Source: Planctomycetota bacterium (GTDB lineage: Bacteria; Planctomycetota; PLA2; JAEUHO01). Taken from it: DNA of 64,000 bases. Where the stretch lies: NCBI GenBank assembly GCA_965223505.1, contig CBDCWP010000031.1, forward strand, positions 32,001 to 96,000, given 5' to 3'. The translations under genes and the position numbers were made by a program. The notes beneath the pieces were generated by a model that worked only from the letters and a program-made list of their open reading frames with translations, ran no database searches and was not told the origin of the DNA. Within the stretch, counting starts at the first letter, position 1. Each line of letters starts with the position of its first letter. Shown here one piece after another: positions 28,418-38,398 of this stretch.

Positions 28418-31197
28418 GCGCAGCCGGACGCAACGTGAAGCACACGACGCACCGCGTCGGACTACTCGTGTTCTTCCTCACGCTGCTCGGGTTGATCGGC
28501 GTCGGCCGGCTCGCGATGGAAGCGTGGCTCAATCGTCCCGCGCCGCGCGAGCTGCCGGAGATCGGCGCGCGCACCGACCAAGCCGCGCCCTTCCTGCTCA
28601 TCATCATCGACGGGTTGCGCGAGTCGGCGGCCTGGGCCGTCGAAGACCCGCCCATGCCCTGGCTGCAGTCGTTCGCGCGCGAGGGCGCGTCGGGTGTCGG
28701 CATCGCGGGCGAGCCGACGCTCACCGCGCCGTGCGTGCGCGCGCTGCTCACGGGACGCCGCCCCGATCTCCTGACCGGATTCCGCAACTTCAACGCGCGC
28801 CCCGTCGGCGGCAGCATCGTCGAGTACCTCGTCGACCGCGGCGGCCGCGCCGGTCACGGCGGCGACGCGGCGGCATACCAGTTCTGTCGTCCGTTCTACG
28901 TCGATGGCGACTTCCTGCAGTTCCCCGACGAGGGCCCGACCGACCAGGGCGAGAACGACGCGGAAGCCGTGCCCTTCGTGAAGGCGCTCATCGAGGACGG
29001 CTGCACGGTCGTCACGCTGCACCTCACCGGTCCCGACCATGCGGGCCACAAGTGGGGCGCGATCGGCCGCGAGTACTGGCAATCCTGTCGCGTGGTGGAC
29101 GATCACATTCGCGGCGTCGTCGAGGCGTTTCGCGCCAAGCACCCCGACGCGACGGTGCTGATCGCCTCCGACCACGGCGTGTCCGCCATGGGCACCCACG
29201 GCGGCGGCGAAGTCTCGGCCAAGCGCGCCCCGTTCGCGCTCGTCGGGCCGAACATCACGCCCGGCGTCCGCAAGGAGCTCGATCAGTGTTCGCTCGCGCC
29301 GACCGTGGCGATGGCGCTCGGACTCCCGATGACGCCGCTGGCGGACGCGCCGCCCGACCCGGAGCTGACGTCGATCCACCAGGGCATCGAGCGCGACGCC
29401 ATGGAGGCCTACGTGCGCGCGCGCCTGGTCGTCGCCGCCGACCTGCGCGGCGACGTCGTCGAGGTCGCGCGCGCGCGGCGCTCCGTCAAGGAGCTGGGCG
29501 GCAAGGACGCGCAGCAGCTGCTCGCGATGGCGGACGACATCAACGCGACCATCAATCCCTCTTCCGCGGGTCACGCGTCCATTGCGCTTCTCCTCGGCGC
29601 GTTTTGGTTGATGGTGCTCGTGAACCTCGTCTCTCGATCCACCGTCGAGATCGTTCTCGGCCGCGTGGCGTCGGCGTATTGCGTCGTCGCGATCCTCGCC
29701 ACGTTCGACCCGCTGCCGGCGCTCTACACCACGACGCCGATGACCTCGGCGATCCTCGTTCTCGTCGGATGCGCGCTCACGCTGCGCGCGGTCGGTTCCC
29801 TGTCCCTGCGCGGCGGCGCGCTCACGCTCGCCTGCCTGGCGGCGGTGCCGGTGCTAACGGGGGCGGGGCTCACCTTGCAGTCGGCGTTCGAGTGGGCGGA
29901 GGACACGGGCCCCGCGTCGCTGCGAATGGCCTTCGCGCTGCTGGCCTTCTCCGCTGCTGCGTTGGCGTTCGTCCGTCCGCGGGCTGCGTCGCTGCGATTG
30001 GCGGGCCGGGCGGCCGCCTCCCCCGGTCTCGTCGCGGCCTTCGGTGGATCCGTCCTCGGTTTCCTGCTGACGTTGCGGCCGTTCATCGACCCGTTCCTGC
30101 ATCTGATGATCGTCTACGCGGTGCTCGGCGTGATCATCGTGCTGCTCTTCGTGTTCACGCGGGCGAAGGGCTCGACGCCCGCGTTCGCGCGGTACGGGTT
30201 GCTCGCGACCGCGCTCGTGCTGTTCCTGGGCACGCGCATCGCCGAGGGCTTCACCGGCGACGTCTGGGTGAACGCCACCGACCTTCGCAGCCCGGTGTGG
30301 TGGGTCGTCGGGCTCAACCTCTCGCTCGCGGCGGTCGGTATCGTCCTCGCGCGCGGTCGCCCCGACGCGCGTGACGCTCCGGGCCTCGTCATCGCCGTCG
30401 TCGCCTGGATCCTCGCGTACGTGTCGCGCGCGTGGATGGACGCGCCGATGGTCGTCACGATCGGGGCCAACGTGCTCGGGCTCGCCGCGCTGTTGGCAGC
30501 GCTCCTCAGCGGCAGTCCGGACGGTCGCTGGTTGGTGCGCATGATCGCGGCGCTCGCGCTCGCGCGCCGGCTGTCGATGTCGGAGGCGGAGTTCTCGGCG
30601 TTCGCGCTGACGGCGGTCGGCGCCGCGTTCGCGTCGCACTGGCGCGGACCGGTGACGCGCTTGCGTGTCGCGTGGTGCGCCGTGGCGTTGTTGGCGCTTC
30701 GGACCGCGATCTTCCACGCGATGGGCTTCAACGAGAGCTTCTCGACGCTGGACGTCGGGCAGGCGTTCGCCGGATTGGAGGGCGGCGACACGCCTGCGCT
30801 CGACGCGGCCGGCGGCGCGGTGATCACGTGGCAGGTGATCGTGGCCGCGATCCAGGTCGCGCTGCGCATGTCGTTGCCCTGGGTGCTGATCCTGGGCGCG
30901 CTGGTGCGCGTGCTGCAGGCGACGCCCGGCGCCGGGCCGGGCATGTTTCGCTGCCTGCTGATGGACCTGGCCGTGACCTTCGCTGCGCGTGGCGCAGCCA
31001 TCGTGACCGCGCTCTGGGCGTGGTGGCGCAGCTCCTGGTGGATGACGAAGGCCTACACGGTCTATGCGTTCGGGGCGGCGGACGTGATCCTGCTGCTGGT
31101 GTGCGCGACGTTGGTCGGGGCGTGGGGCCCGAAGCGGGCAGGCCGTCAACGCCCGGCCGACGAACCGGCTGCCGAGCCCTCGGCGAGCATCGCATAG
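28414..31197 (+). CDS. Alkaline-phosphatase-superfamily multi-pass membrane transferase, GPI ethanolamine-phosphate-transferase-like
   Basis: One N-terminal TM; IIIDGLR, MPWLQS, EPTLTAPCVRALLTG, LHLTGPDHAGH, SDHG, GTHGG; then roughly 14 TM helices with FHAMGFNESFSTLD..AFAG. Confidence 0.75.
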   Translation: MSAAGRNVKHTTHRVGLLVFFLTLLGLIGVGRLAMEAWLNRPAPRELPEIGARTDQAAPFLLIIIDGLRESAAWAVEDPPMPWLQSFAREGASGVGIAGEPTLTAPCVRALLTGRRPDLLTGFRNFNARPVGGSIVEYLVDRGGRAGHGGDAAAYQFCRPFYVDGDFLQFPDEGPTDQGENDAEAVPFVKALIEDGCTVVTLHLTGPDHAGHKWGAIGREYWQSCRVVDDHIRGVVEAFRAKHPDATVLIASDHGVSAMGTHGGGEVSAKRAPFALVGPNITPGVRKELDQCSLAPTVAMALGLPMTPLADAPPDPELTSIHQGIERDAMEAYVRARLVVAADLRGDVVEVARARRSVKELGGKDAQQLLAMADDINATINPSSAGHASIALLLGAFWLMVLVNLVSRSTVEIVLGRVASAYCVVAILATFDPLPALYTTTPMTSAILVLVGCALTLRAVGSLSLRGGALTLACLAAVPVLTGAGLTLQSAFEWAEDTGPASLRMAFALLAFSAAALAFVRPRAASLRLAGRAAASPGLVAAFGGSVLGFLLTLRPFIDPFLHLMIVYAVLGVIIVLLFVFTRAKGSTPAFARYGLLATALVLFLGTRIAEGFTGDVWVNATDLRSPVWWVVGLNLSLAAVGIVLARGRPDARDAPGLVIAVVAWILAYVSRAWMDAPMVVTIGANVLGLAALLAALLSGSPDGRWLVRMIAALALARRLSMSEAEFSAFALTAVGAAFASHWRGPVTRLRVAWCAVALLALRTAIFHAMGFNESFSTLDVGQAFAGLEGGDTPALDAAGGAVITWQVIVAAIQVALRMSLPWVLILGALVRVLQATPGAGPGMFRCLLMDLAVTFAARGAAIVTALWAWWRSSWWMTKAYTVYAFGAADVILLLVCATLVGAWGPKRAGRQRPADEPAAEPSASIA

Positions 31198-31231
31198 GCG
31201 GCGCGTCCCCCCCGGCCCCGAAGATGACGCC

Positions 31232-31798
31232 ATGAAGCGGCTCATCTCGGTCTTCGGCCCGGGTCATCCCACGCGCAAAGAGTACAACCTCGCCGCCGAT
31301 GTGGGTCGTGAGCTCGCGCGTCGCGACTTCGGCGTCGTCTGCGGCGGACTCTTCGGCGTCATGGAAGCCGCGTGCATGGGAGCGAAGGAAGAAGGGGGTA
31401 CGACCGTCGGCCTCCTGCGCACCTACAACCGCTTCGACGCCAACCCCTACGTCGACATCGTGATTCCCACCGGGCTCGGCGACGCGCGCAACATCCTCGT
31501 CGCCACGGCGGGCGAGGCCGCCATCGCCGTGGGCGGACGGCTGGGAACGCTGTCGGAGATCTCCATCGCGCTGAAGCACGGGATCCCGGTCGTCGGGCTC
31601 AACACCTGGAAGCTCGATCGCCACGCGCTGTTCGATCGCTATCTGCCCGCCGCGGCGTCGGCGCTGGAGGCCGTCGAGCTCGTGCTCGAGCTCGCGGACA
31701 AGCGGGAGGCGGAGCGCGCCGCGGGCGAGCCGGAGGTCAAGCCCGGAACCCTGCCGGACGAGGGCGATGACCCTGACCATCCGGAGCTGAGCCTGTAG
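31232..31798 (+). CDS. TIGR00725-family SLOG/LOG-like nucleotide-binding protein
   Basis: CGGLFGVMEAA..GA, ANPYVDIVIPTGLGDARN, GGRLGTLSEI. Confidence 0.9.
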   Translation: MKRLISVFGPGHPTRKEYNLAADVGRELARRDFGVVCGGLFGVMEAACMGAKEEGGTTVGLLRTYNRFDANPYVDIVIPTGLGDARNILVATAGEAAIAVGGRLGTLSEISIALKHGIPVVGLNTWKLDRHALFDRYLPAAASALEAVELVLELADKREAERAAGEPEVKPGTLPDEGDDPDHPELSL

Positions 31799-31807
31799 GG
31801 AAGGGCG

Positions 31808-34270
31808 TCAACCCTCGGCGTCGTCGTCCCGGCCGACCGCGTCGATGCGTCCCGACGTGAGGTCGTACTCGGGGCCGATGAGATCCGGCACGTGCCGCAG
31901 CGGAAGAGCCTGTGCCTCGGAGGGCTGTCCCGACATGTACCGCAAGCGATGCTTGCCTACGCGCACCGCGAGCCCGTCGACCAGAAGGCGGCGGTCCTTC
32001 CCGCCGCTCTCGTCGTCGATCTCGAGGGAACCGCCGACACGCGTCGCAACGATCGTGGCAATCGGCTCGCCGTCGCCTTCCAGATGCAGCTTGCCGTGTT
32101 CGTCGCGCCGCACCGCGGTGGTCTTGCGTCCGACCGGCCGAAGATCCAGCCGCCCGACGACGCCGTCGACACCGTCGATCGTGTAGAGCAGCGTGCCCGC
32201 GATGAGCGGCGCGCGCAGCTGCACGAACGCGAAGACCCCGAGCAGGAGCGCGACGCCGGCCAATCCCAAGAGGACGTATGCCCACAACCCCCAGCGCGCC
32301 GGCGCCTCGACGAGCACCTCGTAGTCGTAGTTGACCTGCCGCAGCGCGTCTTCCGGCCAATGCACCCGGATCTTCACCCACGCCTGCGCGTCGTCGAAGA
32401 TCGACGTCTCCATCATCGGCGCGCCGGCAGGCGTGATCCGCCAGCGGCCGCCTTCCATCGACTCGATGTTCCAGTCGGTGATCGACGTGCCTTCCAGGAC
32501 CTCCACGGTGGGGGGCACGGCCTCGCGCGCCTTCTTCCAGACGCCGCCGCCGCCGTCGGCGTTCACGACGAGCTCGAGCGGCACCTGGACGTCGAACGCA
32601 CCCTTCTTGACGAGCACGTGGGGGACGGCGGTGACGTCGACCGGCAGCAGCACCGGCCGGCGCGGCTCGAGCGCGATGCGGTGTTCGCCCGCGACCTCGA
32701 CCCCGCCTTCCTTCAGACGGAACGTGATCATGCCCATCGACATGTCGCGCCAGCACTCAGGATCCTGCAGATCGAGGCGGAGCTCGAAGGGCCGTCCGAC
32801 TTGGAGGGTGCGTGACTCCATGAGGTCCCAGACCCCGCCGTCGATCACGGCGTGCAGCAGCTCGCGAAGCTCCGGCGGAAAGCACTCCGCGACGAGCTGC
32901 AGTCGATCCGGCGCGTATTCGTTGTCGCCGCGCAACGTGAGTGTGACCGCCGAGTCGTCCGCGGCGCGGGGGAGGCGCAAGGACGTCGGCCCGTCGTACT
33001 GCAGCGTGGCCTTGCCCGGCGGTACCTTGATGTCGAACAGAATCTCGAGCTTGCCTGCCGTGCTGGAGAGCTCGATGGTGCCAATCGCCTCGACGGCGAC
33101 CCCCTTGCGGGCGCGAACGGAGACGGTGACCGGCGCCTCGACGACGAATTCCGAGATCACCCGCTCTTCGCCGACCTCCACCTCGAGGTCGAACCATCGG
33201 CCGTTCTCCTCGGCGCCGACGATCTGCACGCTCCACTCGGGCTTGTGCTCGGTGTTCGTTCGACGCAAACGGAAGTGATGCTCTTCATGTCCCCCCACCG
33301 GTGGCCGGTGGGCATGGACGAGCAACGGCCGGCCGTCTTCCGTTTCGAGAACGGCGGCCTCGGCCAACGGCCACTCGAGGTGAACGGTTTGCGGAACAGG
33401 GCAGAGTGTGACGGTGTCATCCGTCCAGGGGTGAAACGAAACACGCGTCTTGTGGGGCTCGATCAGCGCCGGACGAGCGATGAAGACCTTTTGTTCGTCG
33501 TCGATGAATTCCAATCTGAGCTCGTCGTCCTGGGACCCCTTGACACCCACGAGTCCCGGCACGAAGCCTGTCGCAGTTCCCGCGGTCCAGACCTCGGCGC
33601 CGATCATGATGAAACCCCGCAGGCGCCAAGCCGGATCTGCGAAGGGCGACCATCCGCCGAACGTTGCTACGTGCGGTTTCTCGAACGCAAGGACCAACCA
33701 CGCCTTCTCCACGGCGCCGCGCAGGTTGGCGGGCATCGGCGACGGGAACGGATGGTCGATCCAGTAGACCTTGACGTCCTCCGGCGCGGTGTCCTGCCAG
33801 TACTTGGCGTCGCGGTCCCACTCGCGTCGGGCCGCCTCGGACGGGGAACCCGTGCCGCCGAACGCGCCGATCAACGCGACCCGCAGCGGGTCCTTCTTCT
33901 GATGCACCTGTGCGGCGAGGCGCAGCGCCGTTCGAATGTCGGTCAGACCCGACAGCTCGTATCCGGTGACGCTCGCGTGCTCCTTCAACCGCGCGAGCCG
34001 CCGGGCCGGATCGGCCTCGTTCACGACGGCCTTCAGGTCACGCCCGCGACTCCGGCCCTCGGCGTCGGCGCCGAGCGCCACGAGCTTCACGCGGTCGCCC
34101 CGCAGCGCGAGGACCTCGATCAGACGCAGCGTCTTGGTCCGGTACGTCTCGATCTGCTCCTTCGACGCCATGCCGTGGTCGAGAACGACGACCCAGTCCT
34201 CCGCCCATGCGGGCTCGACGAAGCACGCAGCGGCGGCGAGGAGGATGACGAGGCGTCGAACGAGGAGCAT
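31808..34270 (-). CDS. Exported single-pass membrane protein with a vWA-like N-terminal domain
   Basis: Signal peptide, WVVVLDHGMAS and LTDIRTAL (degenerate vWA), C-terminal TM and a cytoplasmic tail. Confidence 0.6.
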   Translation of the reverse strand: MLLVRRLVILLAAAACFVEPAWAEDWVVVLDHGMASKEQIETYRTKTLRLIEVLALRGDRVKLVALGADAEGRSRGRDLKAVVNEADPARRLARLKEHASVTGYELSGLTDIRTALRLAAQVHQKKDPLRVALIGAFGGTGSPSEAARREWDRDAKYWQDTAPEDVKVYWIDHPFPSPMPANLRGAVEKAWLVLAFEKPHVATFGGWSPFADPAWRLRGFIMIGAEVWTAGTATGFVPGLVGVKGSQDDELRLEFIDDEQKVFIARPALIEPHKTRVSFHPWTDDTVTLCPVPQTVHLEWPLAEAAVLETEDGRPLLVHAHRPPVGGHEEHHFRLRRTNTEHKPEWSVQIVGAEENGRWFDLEVEVGEERVISEFVVEAPVTVSVRARKGVAVEAIGTIELSSTAGKLEILFDIKVPPGKATLQYDGPTSLRLPRAADDSAVTLTLRGDNEYAPDRLQLVAECFPPELRELLHAVIDGGVWDLMESRTLQVGRPFELRLDLQDPECWRDMSMGMITFRLKEGGVEVAGEHRIALEPRRPVLLPVDVTAVPHVLVKKGAFDVQVPLELVVNADGGGGVWKKAREAVPPTVEVLEGTSITDWNIESMEGGRWRITPAGAPMMETSIFDDAQAWVKIRVHWPEDALRQVNYDYEVLVEAPARWGLWAYVLLGLAGVALLLGVFAFVQLRAPLIAGTLLYTIDGVDGVVGRLDLRPVGRKTTAVRRDEHGKLHLEGDGEPIATIVATRVGGSLEIDDESGGKDRRLLVDGLAVRVGKHRLRYMSGQPSEAQALPLRHVPDLIGPEYDLTSGRIDAVGRDDDAEG

Positions 34271-34310
34271 CCACGGAGCGTACCTCGCGTTCGGGACGGC
34301 GTCGCCGCGC

Positions 34311-35255
34311 TCAGGGCCGTCCGCACAGGCGCCGGTAGACGCAGGCCTCGCACTTCACGCGGTCCTCGGTCATGGCGAAGTCCTCGCGCATGGCGACATT
34401 GCCCTGCTTGTCGCGCAGGCGCGTACGCATGGCCGCGATGCTGGCGCGCATGGTCCGACGCGTCTCCTTGATGTCCTCCTCGGTGGAGGGCAGCGTGAGC
34501 ACCTGCATGTCGTCGCCGAGGAAGACCAGGTTGGTCGTCACGCGCTGTGACGGCACGCCGCGCGACGCCTCCATGTACATCGCGTAGACGCCGAGCTGGG
34601 ACTTGTAGGCCTCCGCCTTCGGCTCGCCCGTCTTCCAGTCGTAGATCTCGATGCGGCCGTCCGGCATGGTGCGGGCGAAGTCGAGCACGGCCCAGACCGG
34701 TGTGCCCTCGAACTCGAACTGGTCCAGCTGCTCGATCGGCAGCCAGTCGCGCGGATTCGATTCGCGAATCGACGCCCAGAGGTCCGACGTGAGGAAGTCC
34801 CCGATGGCGCGCTTCGCCTTGGTATTGAGCGCCCGCCACTCGTCGCCGGAAACCTCGTCGCCGTACTCGTGCTCCGCGAGGCCGAACATCTTCTTGGGAC
34901 GGTCCCGGTAGAAGCCGCGCTTGCTCTGCCGCCAGTCCTCGCGCATCCGCAGCGTCACGCCCTCGACCTCGTTCGCCGGCTCGACCTGCGGGCGTACGAA
35001 CGCCAGCTCGTTCTTGAGCGCCGACTCCTGCAGGTCGCGGAGGATGCGCTCGATCGTCTCGTGAACGACGGTGCCGACCCACGCCCAGCGGTTGCTCAGG
35101 TTCTTCAGCGTGTACGCCTCGCGCACCTCGGCCGGGGCGTTGGGCTCCCAGCCGCCCCAGGAGCCGTAGTAGTTCCACCAATACTGCCGCTTGCAGTATG
35201 CGAAGGCCGCCGCACGGGAAGCCGACCAGGTGAACTCGTTCTCGAGCTTTTTCAC
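34311..35255 (-). CDS. PD-(D/E)XK nuclease (AddB/Cas4-like) with putative Fe-S cluster
   Basis: WSASR...YCKRQY, GTVVH, E, LDF, IYDWKTG, QLGVYA, C-terminal CEACVYRRLC. Confidence 0.85.
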   Translation of the reverse strand: MKKLENEFTWSASRAAAFAYCKRQYWWNYYGSWGGWEPNAPAEVREAYTLKNLSNRWAWVGTVVHETIERILRDLQESALKNELAFVRPQVEPANEVEGVTLRMREDWRQSKRGFYRDRPKKMFGLAEHEYGDEVSGDEWRALNTKAKRAIGDFLTSDLWASIRESNPRDWLPIEQLDQFEFEGTPVWAVLDFARTMPDGRIEIYDWKTGEPKAEAYKSQLGVYAMYMEASRGVPSQRVTTNLVFLGDDMQVLTLPSTEEDIKETRRTMRASIAAMRTRLRDKQGNVAMREDFAMTEDRVKCEACVYRRLCGRP

Positions 35256-35298
35256 CGGCTAAGGATAGGGGGAACGCCTCGGGTCCGGCCAGCCCGCT

Positions 35299-38259
35299 CT
35301 ACGGGGCGCGCAGGGTGATACGGGCGCTCGCGTTGCCGCCCGGCGAGACGTAGACCCGCGGCGGATCGGTGACCTGGGTCCAGTCCTCGTACGTGATCTT
35401 GACCGTGTACGTGCCGGCCGCCAGGTCCGCGATCGACGCGCGGCCCTCTTCGTTCGTGACGCTGTTGTCGCTGTCGAACAGGTTGACGAGCGAGTACGTC
35501 TTGCGCACCGCCTGTCCGCGTTCGTCGTAGAGCCGAAGCTTCGCGCCCTGGACGGGATGACCGGACTCGTCCTCGACGAGGATGTCCACGGCGCCGCCGC
35601 GCGTGAGCGTGCCGTCGACCGTCGCGCCCTGGGTGTCCAGCGTGACCGCCTTCTCGTCGGGGCCGTATCCGGCCGCTTCGAACCGCACGGTGTACGAGCC
35701 GGGCTCCATCCCCTGCAGGTAGTACTTGCCGTCACTGCCGGACGTGCTGAGCGAGAACGTGAACACCGGGCGGCCGTTGGCGTCCTTCAAGGAGACCGTC
35801 GCGTCCTCGACCGGGACCCCCGCGTCGTCCTTGACGGTGCCGCTGAGCGTCGTGCCTTGCGGGAGCTTCAGGTCGCCCAGGTCGCGCGACTCGTTCTCCT
35901 GCAGCAAGAGGGGATCGCTCAGGTACTGCGCGTGTCCGGGCGAGTTGACACGTACACGATACGTCCCGGCGCTCAGGCCGCCGGCCTCGAACGTGCCGTC
36001 CTGGTTGACGCTCATCTGCGCCTTGATCGACGTCCAGATCTCGTCGCCCTCCTCGACCGACTCGACGTAGGCCCATGCGCCGCTGACGGGTTTCCCTTCG
36101 GCGTCGACCGCGCGGCCGCGCAGTGTGCCGCTGCCCATATCGATCCTCACGTCCAACGACGTCGTGCCCTCGGCGAACGTGGCGCTCTTGCTCGTCGAGA
36201 GACCGCCGCCCGTTTGCACCATGACGGTCACGCGTCCCGTGCGCAGACCGGACGCGCTGAAGCGGCCGTTCTCGTCCGTCACGGCCGACGCGATGAAGCG
36301 CATGCCGCGATCGTCCGTGACGCTGATCGTGGCGCCGGCGACGGGCTTCTCGTTCATGTACACCGCGCCGGTGACCGTGCCGCCGGCACCCTGGGTCTCG
36401 AAGTCGACGGTGACCGGGTCTTCGCCCGAAACGACGACGCCCGACTTCATGAGACCGGCGGCGCCGGGCTCGAACGGACCGGTCGACATCTGGTACGTGC
36501 CGGGGGAGATGGCGTCGAAGGCGTAGTAGCCCCTATCGTCACAGTAGGTGACGTAGGTGGATCGCGTCTCCCAGAACGTCTGGAACAGGTTGACCTGTTC
36601 GCCCGCGATCCCGTTTCCGTCCGGATCGTAGACGTGGCCTTCGATGCGCGCGCCCTTCGTCAGGCGGACCGTGACCTCCTCCGCCTGAGACGCGAGCTTG
36701 GCTTCCGTCTCGAGCACGGTGTCGCAGTGCTTCGGGTGGACGACGTGCAGCTTGACCGGACCCAGGCCGAGGCCGCTCACCTCGAAGGCACCGTCCGCGT
36801 CCGTGCGCGTGTAGTGCTCGCGGGACTTCGTCGGCGGGAAACCGCCCATCTTCACGTAGACCTCGGCGCCCGACACGTGTTCGCCGTCGCCGTGCGTGAC
36901 GACGCCGCGGACGACGCCGGTTTCCGGCATGACGACCTCGAGCTTCGTCGTTTCGCCGACCTTGACTACCGCCTTGCCGTCTTCGGAGAGCGTTCCATCG
37001 TCGGCGAGGATGCGGAACTGCCACGTTCCCGTGGGGAGGTTCACGGCAAACGTGCCGTCGGCGTTCTCGATCTTCGTCGTGAAGCTGTAGACGTAGCCGT
37101 AGGGCTCGGCGCGGTAGGGCCGAACCTGCGCGTTCGTGACCGGGGTGCCGTCGGCCCAGGTCGCGACGCCCTCGACGCGGCCCGTACCGGCGAGCTTCAG
37201 AACGACGCCGGAGCCGGGACTCTTGGTGTTCGTCAGGACCGATCCGCCCTCTTCCTGCCACGCGATGACCATGTAATTGCCCCGCCGGAGTCCGTCCATC
37301 ACGAACGAGCCGTCCTTGCCGGTCGTGGCGGGCAGGCTGGGCTGGAACGTCGGCATCGCGAAGCCCATGACGGCGGCGCCGGCGACAGGCGCGTTGTCCG
37401 AGTCCACGACCTTGCCGCTGATCGACTCCGCGAGCAGCATCTGAACGCTGAGGTGGCGCGTGCGCCCGGACGCGACGACGACCTGGTTCGTGCCGGTCGT
37501 CGCGAAACCCCTGGCGCTGACGGCGACGTTGTACTTGTCCGGGTGCAGCGGCCCGAGCCGTGCCTTGCCGAGCTCGTCCGTGACACCCGCCTTGTGGCGC
37601 ACCGACTTCACACCCGCCATCTCCGGTCCCATGGAGAGGTGGATGTCCCACGGCATCGTCGTCGCCAAGACGTTGGCGCCCCGGATGGGACGCCCCATCG
37701 GATCGGTGACCTTGACCTCGATGGCGTCGGTCTGATCGGGTCGACGCCGGAGGTCGATCGTCGCGAGCGTGATGACGGCGGCCGCTTCGACCTTCTCCCC
37801 GTCGACCATCGTGAATCCGACGGGCTGCGCGAGAACCGTCTTCGCGAGAAAGCCGTCGGCCGCGGCGCGCAACGTGTGCTGTCCGTCCGGCAGCCCCTTC
37901 ATCTCCCAAGTGCCGTCCTTGCGAGTACGGACACCCCGCTCGTTGCCGGGAAGCACGACCCGGACCCGCGCGAGATAGAGCGGCTGCTCCTCGCCGGTGA
38001 TCATGCCCTTGATCGTGTTGGGGCCCAGGCCGAGGTCGAGGGCGCCTACGGGGTCGCCTTCGTACTCCGTGAGGTCGGCAAGCTCCGCCTCGCCTTTGCC
38101 GCGGCCCTTCAAGCCCGCGCCTTCGAGGTCGCCGGCTTCTCCGACCTCGCCATCGGACCCGTCGTCGCCGGATCCGAAGAAGCCCAGCGGATCCAAGGTG
38201 AAGAACAACGCGGCGACCGCGATCACCGCCAACAGTACAAACCACGCGGACCGATTCAT
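35299..38259 (-). CDS. Membrane-anchored carboxypeptidase-regulatory-like repeat protein
   Basis: N-terminal TM, LDP..F and GLKG motifs shared with 18760..22629; repeated G.V.D..G.PV.GA units. Confidence 0.85.
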   Translation of the reverse strand: MNRSAWFVLLAVIAVAALFFTLDPLGFFGSGDDGSDGEVGEAGDLEGAGLKGRGKGEAELADLTEYEGDPVGALDLGLGPNTIKGMITGEEQPLYLARVRVVLPGNERGVRTRKDGTWEMKGLPDGQHTLRAAADGFLAKTVLAQPVGFTMVDGEKVEAAAVITLATIDLRRRPDQTDAIEVKVTDPMGRPIRGANVLATTMPWDIHLSMGPEMAGVKSVRHKAGVTDELGKARLGPLHPDKYNVAVSARGFATTGTNQVVVASGRTRHLSVQMLLAESISGKVVDSDNAPVAGAAVMGFAMPTFQPSLPATTGKDGSFVMDGLRRGNYMVIAWQEEGGSVLTNTKSPGSGVVLKLAGTGRVEGVATWADGTPVTNAQVRPYRAEPYGYVYSFTTKIENADGTFAVNLPTGTWQFRILADDGTLSEDGKAVVKVGETTKLEVVMPETGVVRGVVTHGDGEHVSGAEVYVKMGGFPPTKSREHYTRTDADGAFEVSGLGLGPVKLHVVHPKHCDTVLETEAKLASQAEEVTVRLTKGARIEGHVYDPDGNGIAGEQVNLFQTFWETRSTYVTYCDDRGYYAFDAISPGTYQMSTGPFEPGAAGLMKSGVVVSGEDPVTVDFETQGAGGTVTGAVYMNEKPVAGATISVTDDRGMRFIASAVTDENGRFSASGLRTGRVTVMVQTGGGLSTSKSATFAEGTTSLDVRIDMGSGTLRGRAVDAEGKPVSGAWAYVESVEEGDEIWTSIKAQMSVNQDGTFEAGGLSAGTYRVRVNSPGHAQYLSDPLLLQENESRDLGDLKLPQGTTLSGTVKDDAGVPVEDATVSLKDANGRPVFTFSLSTSGSDGKYYLQGMEPGSYTVRFEAAGYGPDEKAVTLDTQGATVDGTLTRGGAVDILVEDESGHPVQGAKLRLYDERGQAVRKTYSLVNLFDSDNSVTNEEGRASIADLAAGTYTVKITYEDWTQVTDPPRVYVSPGGNASARITLRAP

Positions 38260-38369
38260 TGCACGCCTCCGCGGCGGGGGAACAGCGGTACGGTACCCCT
38301 TGCGAGTGGGCCTGACGCGTCGTTCCCAAGTGGACGGGCAGCTCCGATTCGAAACGGGCTCAAGTGCGT

Positions 38370-38395
38370 GACCGTCCTAGGACGATAGGACGGTC
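38370..38395. promoter_or_regulatory. Putative GntR/YtrA autoregulatory operator
   Basis: Perfect inverted repeat GACCGTCCTA-N6-TAGGACGGTC ending 3 nt before the GntR ATG; the core GTnnTA-N6-TAnnAC fits the YtrA-subfamily palindrome. Confidence 0.7.
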
Positions 38396-38398
38396 GCC

